A stretch of DNA of 34,767 bases from Helicobacteraceae bacterium (lineage in GTDB: Bacteria; Campylobacterota; Campylobacteria; Campylobacterales; Sulfurimonadaceae), in the NCBI GenBank assembly GCA_027068615.1, contig JAMOQV010000049.1, positions 1-34,767 on the forward strand, given 5' to 3'. Positions within the stretch are counted from its first letter, which is position 1. Each line of letters opens with the position of its first letter. The position numbers were made by a program, and so were the translations under genes. Below the pieces are notes generated by a model. That model saw only the letters and a list, made by a program, of their open reading frames with translations. It had not been told where the DNA came from and made no database searches. This document shows, in pieces, positions 20,017 through 28,576 of this stretch.

Positions 20017-20044
20017 CTCCCTACTTATGAATGAAAGTTAAATA

Positions 20045-20674
20045 ATGATTTTTGGAAAAATAGACTACTTAAACCTGTTACCTTTTCATACATTTATGAA
20101 AAGATATTTTAATGCCAGATACAAATATGGTGTACCATCTTATATAAATAATGAGTTTTTATCTAAAAGGGTTGATGGTGCTTTTATATCTAGTGTCAAA
20201 GCAAAAAAATACAACTATATAAACTTAGGAATTATCGCTAAAAAAGAGGTTTTAAGTGTTTTAGTGATACCAAATGGTAACTATAAAACAGATAATGATT
20301 CAGCTACTTCAAATATCTTAGCTCGTATCTTAGATATAAATGGTGAGGTTATCATTGGCGATAAAGCTCTAAAATACTATCTTGAAAAAAAACCAAATAT
20401 AGACTTAGCAAAAAGATGGTATGAAAAGTACAATCTACCATTTGTATTTGCTGTTTTATGTTACCACAAAGATAAAAAATTATATAAATGTATAGAGAAA
20501 CAATTTTTAAAACAAAAGATAAAAATACCACAATACTTACTTAAACAAGCTTCTTTAAAAACAGATATCAAAGAAAAAGATATACTAAACTACTTAAGCT
20601 ATATCTCTTACAATTTAGACTATAAAGCAAAAAAAGGTTTAAAACTCTTTCAAAGATTAAATAGTTATAATTAG
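20045..20674 (+). CDS. mqnA: Chorismate dehydratase of the futalosine menaquinone pathway
   Basis: GKIDYLNLLPF, GVPS, VLSV, SATSN, IGDKAL and LPFVFA motifs. Confidence 0.85.
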   Translation: MIFGKIDYLNLLPFHTFMKRYFNARYKYGVPSYINNEFLSKRVDGAFISSVKAKKYNYINLGIIAKKEVLSVLVIPNGNYKTDNDSATSNILARILDINGEVIIGDKALKYYLEKKPNIDLAKRWYEKYNLPFVFAVLCYHKDKKLYKCIEKQFLKQKIKIPQYLLKQASLKTDIKEKDILNYLSYISYNLDYKAKKGLKLFQRLNSYN

Positions 20675-20676
20675 TT

Positions 20677-21603
20677 ATGATGAAATTTATACTTATATTT
20701 TTACTATTTATTTCTATAAATGCTAAAGAACCTATATCGCCTATACCTGTTAAAGCTGATTATGATTTAAAAAAAGCTCTACTTGGAAAGAGTCTGTTTT
20801 TTGATACGATACTTTCAAAAGATCGTTCTGTTTCTTGTTTTTCATGCCATAATGTTTACGAAGATGGTGGAGCTGATTCTCGTGATGTTTCTATTGGTTT
20901 TGATCATAGAAAAGGTAATATACAATCACCAACCGTACTAAATGCAAGATATAATTTTGTTCAGTTTTGGAATGGTCGTGCAAAAAACCTAAAAGAACAA
21001 GCTTCAGGACCACTAAATAATCCAGTTGAACACAATATGAATCCACAAGAGATAGAAAAAAGACTAAACAAGATACCTTCATATAAAGAAGAGTTTAAAA
21101 GTACTTATGGAGTATCTTATATATCTTATGAATTAGTCTTAGATGCTATAGTAGAGTTTGAAAAAGGCTTAACTACACCAAATTCAAGATTTGACAAATA
21201 CTTAAGAGGTGAGATAAACTTAACAGATGAAGAGGTAAAAGGGTACAAGCTTTTTAAACATTACGGATGTATAACTTGTCATAACGGTATAAATGTAGGA
21301 AGTAATTCTTACCAAAAGATAGGAACTTTTATACCTTATGAAAATAAAAGAAAATATCCAGATAGAAGTGAAGTTACAAAAAACAAGATTGATGAAAATG
21401 TTTTCAAAGTTCCAACACTTAGAAATATAAGCAAAACAGCTCCCTATTTTCATGATGGAAGTTCAAAAACATTAAAAGAAGCTATAACAACAATGTCAGA
21501 ACATAACTTAGGTATGGCTATTTCAGATAAAGATGCAAATTACATCATAAGTTTTTTAAAAACCCTTGATGGTGAAACACCAAAAATATTGAATGCAGAA
21601 TGA
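20677..21603 (+). CDS. Di-haem cytochrome c of the CCP/MauG family
   Basis: Two CxxCH motifs (CFSCH, CITCH); QFWNGRA and FKVPTLRN...TAPYFHDG; signal peptide. Confidence 0.88.
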   Translation: MMKFILIFLLFISINAKEPISPIPVKADYDLKKALLGKSLFFDTILSKDRSVSCFSCHNVYEDGGADSRDVSIGFDHRKGNIQSPTVLNARYNFVQFWNGRAKNLKEQASGPLNNPVEHNMNPQEIEKRLNKIPSYKEEFKSTYGVSYISYELVLDAIVEFEKGLTTPNSRFDKYLRGEINLTDEEVKGYKLFKHYGCITCHNGINVGSNSYQKIGTFIPYENKRKYPDRSEVTKNKIDENVFKVPTLRNISKTAPYFHDGSSKTLKEAITTMSEHNLGMAISDKDANYIISFLKTLDGETPKILNAE

Positions 21604-23687
21604 TGAAAGTTTCTAAAATACTAATTTCTTTTATATTAATTGGCATAGGTTCATTAGTCGCAATTATATATTTTTACTTTATTCAAAGAGATTTTACTCA
21701 ACAACATAGAAAGTTTATAATCTCTATAAACAACTTAGAAAATAGATACTCAGATATAACAAATCTAGTACTAAAAAATAGTTTATATATATATGTTAAC
21801 CAAGACAATATAGCTAAAGCAAATAAAAAATTGGAAGAAAATTATGAAAATTTAAAAAACTCTAAAATTTTACTTCATAAAAATTATGCTGATATAAAAA
21901 AGAAAGTATCGGCTCTAAAAAAAGATTTAGATGAAAATAAAAAAAATGTTGATTATTTTTTAAGAATAAATGCAAATATAAAAAATTCACTTCTATTTTT
22001 AAGTCGTCATATAGACGATTCTGCCATCTTAAACAAATATGATAAAAAAGAGTTATTAAAAGCAAGAATTATTTTAAAACATTTAAACGATGTTAAAAGA
22101 CTTCAGGATTTAGACTATATAAAAAAAGAGGATTATCTTTTATCGTCAAATTCTACAAATAAAGATGTTCAAAATTATATAAAAAGTTTTAATATACATT
22201 CAAAATTTTTAGTAAAAGAGTATCCTATATTTTTATCTGTAACAAAAAAGATACTAGGATATGATTTAAATGAGCTTAAAATTCATAAGATAAAAGAGGA
22301 ATTTTCAGCTATAGCTATGAAAGATTTTGATGCTCTTGATAGATTTGCTTTTGTACTGCTTTTTATGTTTTTAATCTCATTTGCAACTATAATTACATTG
22401 CTTCTAAAGTATCAGCATGAAAATAAAAAACTTCAAGAAACATATAGCTCTTTAGAATACTCTTTAACTTATGACCAACTAACAAACCTTTTTAACAGAC
22501 GAAAATTTGAATTAGATATAGAAAAAACTATAAAACCAACTCTATTACTTATAAATATAAATGGTTTTAAATATATAAACGATATATATGGAAATTCTGT
22601 TGGAAATATATTGTTAAAATATTTAACAAAATTTATAAAGTATGAAATAAGTTTTTATGAAAAAGTATCTCTTTATAGATTGGGTGGTGATGAATTTGGA
22701 ATTATATTTAATGATATAGCATCTGAAAAGTCTTTAGAAATTGCAACAAAATTAGAAAAAGATATATCAAACCATATATTTAAAATCAAAAAGATAGATT
22801 TAGAGATTAGTGTATCTATAGCTATAAACAGTATCAAACCTATTCTTGAAAATGCAGACCTTATTTTAAAGCAGATTAAAAAATCAAACACAGATGGTGT
22901 AGCTATATATGATGAATCACAACATCTAAAACAAAATGTAAAAGAAAATATGAAGATAGTAAAAACTATAAAAGAAGCTTTAAAAGAAGATAGGATAGCT
23001 CCATACTATCAACCCATAGTAAACCTACAAAATTCAAAGATAGAAAAATACGAAGCACTTGTAAGACTAACTCTAAAAGATGGAACTATCTTACCACCAT
23101 TTAAATTTTTAGATATTGCTCAAAAAAGTTCTCAATACAATGAGATTACAAAAATAGTTATTGAAAAAACTATAAAAACATCAAAAAAATACCCTCAATA
23201 TAGATTTTCACTCAATATGTCTATGAGAGATATATCAAATAAAGAGATAAGAGATATACTCTTTGATGCATTAGAAAAAAATAAAGATGCAAAAATAGAC
23301 ATAGAACTTTTAGAGTCTGAATACTTAGAAGATATGAAAATTGTAAAAGACTTTATCACAAAACTGCATACTTTTGATTCTAAAATTCTTATAGATGACT
23401 TTGGAACAGGTTATTCAAACTTTTCATATTTTTCAGAATTAGACATAGACTTAGTTAAGATTGATGGCTCGATAGTAAAAGAGATAACAACAGATAAAAG
23501 AATGTTTCATATGTTAAAAAGTATAAAAGAGTTTGCAAATGGTATGAATATGATAACAGTATCTGAATTTGTAGAGAGTAGAGAGATAGCACTAAAATTA
23601 AAAGATATTGGTGCGGTTTATGCTCAAGGGTACTATTTTAGTGAACCACTTGAGCAACCACTAGATGATGAAAATGTAATTATTTAG
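21600..23687 (+). CDS. Membrane GGDEF-EAL protein with a helical (DAHL-like) periplasmic sensor domain
   Basis: Two TM segments flanking a helical region of about 220 aa; RLGGDEF; YEALVR and DDFGTGYS. Confidence 0.88.
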   Translation: MMKVSKILISFILIGIGSLVAIIYFYFIQRDFTQQHRKFIISINNLENRYSDITNLVLKNSLYIYVNQDNIAKANKKLEENYENLKNSKILLHKNYADIKKKVSALKKDLDENKKNVDYFLRINANIKNSLLFLSRHIDDSAILNKYDKKELLKARIILKHLNDVKRLQDLDYIKKEDYLLSSNSTNKDVQNYIKSFNIHSKFLVKEYPIFLSVTKKILGYDLNELKIHKIKEEFSAIAMKDFDALDRFAFVLLFMFLISFATIITLLLKYQHENKKLQETYSSLEYSLTYDQLTNLFNRRKFELDIEKTIKPTLLLININGFKYINDIYGNSVGNILLKYLTKFIKYEISFYEKVSLYRLGGDEFGIIFNDIASEKSLEIATKLEKDISNHIFKIKKIDLEISVSIAINSIKPILENADLILKQIKKSNTDGVAIYDESQHLKQNVKENMKIVKTIKEALKEDRIAPYYQPIVNLQNSKIEKYEALVRLTLKDGTILPPFKFLDIAQKSSQYNEITKIVIEKTIKTSKKYPQYRFSLNMSMRDISNKEIRDILFDALEKNKDAKIDIELLESEYLEDMKIVKDFITKLHTFDSKILIDDFGTGYSNFSYFSELDIDLVKIDGSIVKEITTDKRMFHMLKSIKEFANGMNMITVSEFVESREIALKLKDIGAVYAQGYYFSEPLEQPLDDENVII

Positions 23688-24972
23688 TATCTAAATGATT
23701 AGCTAATCTCTCTAGTTTAGCTTTATAAGCATCTATATCAAAATCTTTAACTCTTGCTACTCCATCTTCTATGGCACTTTTAGCAACAGCCGAAGCAACA
23801 TAAACCAAAACTCTTCTATCAAATGGAGATGGGATGATATACTCATAACCAAAACTCATATCATCACCACGATTGTGAGCTTTTTTAACATGAGATGGAA
23901 CTTCTTCTTTAGCTAGTGATGCTAATGCTTTTGCAGCTGAGAGTTTCATATTGTCTGTGATTTTAGTTGCTCTTACATCTAATGCACCACGAAAGATTTG
24001 TGGAAAGCCTAAAACATTGTTTACTTGATTTGGATAATCACTTCTACCTGTTCCTATGATAACATCTTCTCTTGCCTCTTTTGCAACTGATGGAAGTATC
24101 TCAGGGTTTGGATTTGCACAAGCAAATATGATAGGGTTTTTATCTGACATACTTTTAACCATATCAGGAGTTATAAGGTTAGCTTTTGAAAGACCTAAAA
24201 CCATATCCGCATCTTTTATGGCATCTTCTAGTGTTCTGTCATCTGTATCAAATGCAAACAGTTTTTTATACTTATTTAAATCATCTCGACCACTATGTAT
24301 AACACCTTTTGAATCAAGCATAGTTATATTTTTCACACCTAAGTGTTTATACATCTTTGCACAAGCAATTCCAGCAGCACCAGCACCGATAACTACAACT
24401 TTTAAATCCTCAACTTTTTTACCACTCATCTCTACAACATTCATAAGTCCAGCTGTTGTTATAACTGCTGTTCCGTGTTGGTCATCATGAAAAACTGGAA
24501 TATTACAAATCTCTTTTAATCTCTCTTCTATCTCAAAACAACGAGGTGCTGAAATATCTTCAAGGTTTATCCCACCAAAACTATCTGCCATAGCTGAAAC
24601 AATACTAATAATCTCCTCAGTATCTTTAGTATTTAATTCAATATCTATGGCATCAACATTAGCAAATGATTTAAATAAAACACCCTTTCCTTCCATAACA
24701 GGCTTACTAGCTAAATGACCAATATCACCAAGCCCTAAAACTGCTGTTCCATCACTTATAACTGCAACTAAATTGCCTTTATTTGTATAATCATAAGCTT
24801 TGTCTATATCTTTTTCTATCTCAAGACAAGGTGTTGCAACACCTGGGCTATAAGCCATAGATAACTCTTTAGAAGTACTACAAGACTTTGTTAAAAAAGT
24901 CCCTGTTTTTCCGTTTGTATCAAATTCACTTTTTGCTTTATGGTAATTTAATGATTCTTGTTCAAATGACAT
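23680..24972 (-). CDS. NAD(P)-dependent malic enzyme (MaeB-type catalytic domain, no PTA fusion)
   Basis: AYSPGVA, PVMEGK, NLEDI, FHDDQHGTA, GAGAAG and TGRSDYPNQVNN motifs. Confidence 0.93.
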   Translation of the reverse strand: MSFEQESLNYHKAKSEFDTNGKTGTFLTKSCSTSKELSMAYSPGVATPCLEIEKDIDKAYDYTNKGNLVAVISDGTAVLGLGDIGHLASKPVMEGKGVLFKSFANVDAIDIELNTKDTEEIISIVSAMADSFGGINLEDISAPRCFEIEERLKEICNIPVFHDDQHGTAVITTAGLMNVVEMSGKKVEDLKVVVIGAGAAGIACAKMYKHLGVKNITMLDSKGVIHSGRDDLNKYKKLFAFDTDDRTLEDAIKDADMVLGLSKANLITPDMVKSMSDKNPIIFACANPNPEILPSVAKEAREDVIIGTGRSDYPNQVNNVLGFPQIFRGALDVRATKITDNMKLSAAKALASLAKEEVPSHVKKAHNRGDDMSFGYEYIIPSPFDRRVLVYVASAVAKSAIEDGVARVKDFDIDAYKAKLERLANHLDTK

Positions 24973-25025
24973 TTTTTATTTTCCTGTATAATGTTTATAA
25001 GATTATACCTAAAAGGATTTAGCAA

Positions 25026-26399
25026 ATGCAAAAACTATTTGACGAGGTTAGCTCACTAGATAAAAAATGTTATGAAAAATTTAAACTTAATGAAGATATA
25101 TTGATGGAACATGCCTCAAACGGTATGGCTGAATTTATAAAAAATAAATTTAATAAAAACTCAAAAATCATAGTTGTTGTTGGAAGCGGGAACAATGGTG
25201 CAGATGGGATTGCACTTGCTCGTATTTTACATACAGATTATGATGTCAATATCTTTTATGCAAAACAACCAAAATCAGAAATGGCAATTTTACAACAACA
25301 AAGAGCTAATGCTATAGGAGTAGTAGAATCAAAAGAGATAATACAATGTGATATCTTAGTAGATGCTATAGTTGGAACTGGATTTAGTGGAGAATTTGAT
25401 ACAAATATAACAGATATCTTAGATAAGATGAACTCACTAGATGCTTATAAAATTGCTTGTGATATACCTAGTGGTTACAGATTTTATGCAGATACTACAC
25501 TAACTATGGGTGCATTAAAAAAAGATATGTTTTTAGATAAGCATAAAGATTTTATAGGGGATATACAAGTGTTAAACCTTGGTATAAGCCGTAGTATCTA
25601 TGAAGATAAAACAAATTGGCATCTTTTAGATATGGATGATTTAAAGCTACCTTTTAGAGATAAGAAAAATACACATAAAGGTAGCTTTGGTCATCTATGT
25701 GTAATAAATGGTGAGAAAGTTGGTGCTAGTACAATGTGTGCTTTATCTGCTTTTCGTTTTGGTGTTGGACTTGTCACTTTAATTGGTGCAAAAAATGACT
25801 ATATTCCATTCAATATAATGTATTCTACAAAACTACCATTAACAACTTCTGCTATAGCAATCGGAATGGGTCTAGGGCATGAATTTTGCGATACACAATT
25901 AAAAAAATTATTAGACAATACATATCCATTAGTAGCAGATGCAGATATATTTCATAAACATATACTCGTAAATATCTTAAAAAGAAAAAATATAGTTTTA
26001 ACACCTCATCCAAAAGAGTTTGTAATAGCTTTACAACAACTAGATTTAGCAGAGATAACTATTGAAGAGTTACAAAATAACCGTTTTGAGTATGTAAAAC
26101 TTTTTTGTGAAAACTATCCAGATGCAACATTACTTCTAAAAGGAGCAAATGTTATCATAGGTAAGAATGATAGTTTTTTTATAAATCCTCACGGCTCATC
26201 AGCATTATCAAAAGGTGGAAGTGGAGATATACTAAGTGGTCTTATCGGTTCACTATTAGCTCAAGGATATGAACCATTAGAAGCAACTATAAATGCTTCT
26301 TTAGCACATACAAAACTAGCTATGAACTATAAAGGTGCAAATTTCTCATTAACTCCAGATGATCTAATTCAAGAGATAAGTAATTTAGCTTCTTTATAA
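25026..26399 (+). CDS. nnr: Bifunctional NAD(P)H-hydrate epimerase/dehydratase
   Basis: [29 protein letters not shown] and GGSGDILSG motifs. Confidence 0.92.
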   Translation: MQKLFDEVSSLDKKCYEKFKLNEDILMEHASNGMAEFIKNKFNKNSKIIVVVGSGNNGADGIALARILHTDYDVNIFYAKQPKSEMAILQQQRANAIGVVESKEIIQCDILVDAIVGTGFSGEFDTNITDILDKMNSLDAYKIACDIPSGYRFYADTTLTMGALKKDMFLDKHKDFIGDIQVLNLGISRSIYEDKTNWHLLDMDDLKLPFRDKKNTHKGSFGHLCVINGEKVGASTMCALSAFRFGVGLVTLIGAKNDYIPFNIMYSTKLPLTTSAIAIGMGLGHEFCDTQLKKLLDNTYPLVADADIFHKHILVNILKRKNIVLTPHPKEFVIALQQLDLAEITIEELQNNRFEYVKLFCENYPDATLLLKGANVIIGKNDSFFINPHGSSALSKGGSGDILSGLIGSLLAQGYEPLEATINASLAHTKLAMNYKGANFSLTPDDLIQEISNLASL

Positions 26400-26941
26400 T
26401 CTTTTGGATAATTTAGATTTAAAAAAGCTTTTTCATCTTCAAAATATACATAATGTGTTTTAGATTTTTTTAACAGATAACCTAACTTATGGTTATCTGT
26501 TTCTAGCATATCTATAAACTCTTTCTCTAATGATTTATGATATATCCCACACATAGGTTGCATACCAAATCCACTTTTAGCTATAGTAGCATCATAATCT
26601 ATACTATCTTCTTCTAAAAGCTTGTTTATAATGCTTTCTCCAACAAAAGGAGCATCAACACTAAGAACAAAAAACTTTTCACATTTTAACTTTTCAAAAA
26701 TAGCTACAAATCCAGCAGTTGGTGCATAACTTTTTGTTGTAACATCTTCTATAAAATCTGCACTAAAACAAAACTTATCTGAATTTTTACAAGATATGTA
26801 AACATTTTTAAAAAGTTTTTGAAGTCTATAAAGTTGAAACTGTGCAAGTGTATCAAAACCACCAAATGGAAGAAGAGATTTATCTTCCCCCATACGGCTA
26901 CTTTTACCACCTGCAAATATAATGCAAGGTATATCTATCAT
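26369..26941 (-). CDS. mobA: Molybdenum cofactor guanylyltransferase
   Basis: [19 protein letters not shown] and FLNLN motifs. Confidence 0.92.
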   Translation of the reverse strand: MIDIPCIIFAGGKSSRMGEDKSLLPFGGFDTLAQFQLYRLQKLFKNVYISCKNSDKFCFSADFIEDVTTKSYAPTAGFVAIFEKLKCEKFFVLSVDAPFVGESIINKLLEEDSIDYDATIAKSGFGMQPMCGIYHKSLEKEFIDMLETDNHKLGYLLKKSKTHYVYFEDEKAFLNLNYPKDYKEAKLLIS

Positions 26942-27262
26942 CTAGTTTTTAATTAAAGTCGCTTTAATTCTTCTGTTTTTAGCACGACCCTCTTTTGTAG
27001 AGTTATCAGCTATCGGATTTTCTTCACCCATACCATCAGTCTCTATTCTATCTGCTTCTACACCTCTTTTTACTAACTCAGGTTTTAAAACATAATCAAA
27101 ACCATTATATTGAGCCTCAACACCATAAAGCATAGCATCATCAAGTGCTAGGTTATTTTCAACAAAATTGTAACCAATTACTGGTGTTACTTCATACTTT
27201 TCATTATCTGCCATTAGAGATGCACTTAGCATCAAAGCAGGGATTAACATTATTTTTTTCAT
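26942..27262 (-). pseudogene. Internally deleted OmpA/OprF/CadF-like gene (signal peptide and first barrel strands fused in frame to the end of the OmpA_C domain)
   Basis: MKKIML...YEVTPVIGYNF...QYNGFD...KPEL joins directly to VKRGVEADRI...GMGEENPIADN...GRAKNRR; only 106 aa. Confidence 0.7.
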
Positions 27263-27266
27263 TAAA

Positions 27267-28526
27267 TTATCTAGGGTCACTTATGTATCCAGTTATAGCA
27301 GAAATCGCAGCAACAGCAGAGTTAGCAAGATAAACTTTAGAACTTCTACTTCCCATACGACCAACAAAGTTACGATTAGTTGTAGCTACTGCAACCTCAT
27401 TATCTCCTAAAATACCCATATATCCACCAAGACAAGCACCACAAGTTGGGTTACTTACAACTCCACCAGCATCAACTATGATATCTATATACCCTAGTTT
27501 ATTTGCTTCTCTTAAGATTTTTTGAGTACCTGGTGTTACTATAAGTCTTACATCTTCGTGTACTTTTTGACCTTTTAGTATTTCAGATGCTACTTTTAAA
27601 TCTTCTAAACGACCATTTGTACAACTACCTATAAATGCTTGATCAACTTTGATTTTATCTTCTACAGCTTGAGAGATGCTATGACCATTTGATGGTAAAA
27701 ATGGGTAAGCAATAACTGGTTCTAAGTTTGCTACATCTATCTCGATAGTTTGAACATAAGATGCATCTTTATCTGAATGATGGATTTTAGGTTCTCTTGC
27801 TAAATTTTTGTCTTTTAAGAACTCAGCAGTTATATCATCATAAGCTACTATACCGTTTTTAGCTCCTGCTTCTATCGCCATATTACACATTGAAAATCTA
27901 TCGTCCATACTTAAATGCTCTATTGTGCTACCAGTAAACTCTAAAGTTCTATATAATGCACCATCAACACCAATAAGGCGGATAATCTCTAAGATTATAT
28001 CTTTACCAGTTGTATATTTGTTTGGTTTTCCATTAAGGATAACTTTTATAGATTCAGGCACTTTAAACCAGTTTCCTCCACTAATCATAGCAAATGCTAA
28101 GTCAGTTGAACCCATACCAGTTGAGAATGCTCCTAAAGCACCGTGAGTACAAGTATGACTATCAGCACCGATGATAACATCACCTGGAACTACAAGCCCT
28201 TTTTCAGGTAAAAGTGCATGCTCAATTCCCATATCTTTTTCATCAAAAAAGTTTTTAAGTTTGTGTTTTTTAGCAAAATCACGACTTATACGAGCTTGAT
28301 TTGCAGATGCTATATCTTTTGCTGGGATAAAGTGGTCAAGTACGATAGAAAATCCATCAGGATTAGCTAACTTTTCAGCACCACTATCTTCAAATGCTTT
28401 TATAGATATAGGTGTAGTTATATCATTACCAATAACCATATCGATATTGCTACGGATAATCTCCCCAGCATAAACCTTTTTACCTACATGCTCTGAAAAT
28501 ATTTTTTCTGTTATAGTTTGAGCCAT
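27267..28526 (-). CDS. leuC: 3-isopropylmalate dehydratase large subunit (short LeuC/HacA type)
   Basis: GADSHTCT, IGSCTNGR, CGACLG and TTNRNF motifs. Confidence 0.9.
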   Translation of the reverse strand: MAQTITEKIFSEHVGKKVYAGEIIRSNIDMVIGNDITTPISIKAFEDSGAEKLANPDGFSIVLDHFIPAKDIASANQARISRDFAKKHKLKNFFDEKDMGIEHALLPEKGLVVPGDVIIGADSHTCTHGALGAFSTGMGSTDLAFAMISGGNWFKVPESIKVILNGKPNKYTTGKDIILEIIRLIGVDGALYRTLEFTGSTIEHLSMDDRFSMCNMAIEAGAKNGIVAYDDITAEFLKDKNLAREPKIHHSDKDASYVQTIEIDVANLEPVIAYPFLPSNGHSISQAVEDKIKVDQAFIGSCTNGRLEDLKVASEILKGQKVHEDVRLIVTPGTQKILREANKLGYIDIIVDAGGVVSNPTCGACLGGYMGILGDNEVAVATTNRNFVGRMGSRSSKVYLANSAVAAISAITGYISDPR

Positions 28527-28576
28527 TTCTTACCTTTATAATTATAATTATAAAATTATATCAAAATTTTCTTATC

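Larger units (their letters stand above)
19824..20022 (+). ncRNA. Highly structured transcript, putative type I toxin mRNA with a long 5' hairpin and 3' anti-SD
   Basis: Perfect 14-bp repeat CTTAAAAATATTCT (19834-19847) / AGAATATTTTTAAG (19907-19920) enclosing GGAG/CTCC, GGCA/TGCC and AGGGTCGGAAG/CTTCTGACCTT helices; 5' end GCGATTATAGCTTA pairs with 19935-19949; 3' CATAGT and TCTCCCT pair with AGGGAGATACTATG. Confidence 0.6.

Noticed and set aside
19758-20044. Moco riboswitch, 6S RNA or SRP RNA as the explanation for the structured intergenic region
   Set aside because: The G-U pairs favour the + strand, away from moaD, and moaD has its own proximal -10 at 19786-19791. There is no 6S-like terminal closing stem with central bubble, and GGTCGGAAG only superficially resembles the SRP loop. 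An Rfam scan is still needed for a final answer.
27267-28526. leuC without an adjacent leuD
   Set aside because: Split leuC and leuD loci are common; not unusual on its own.
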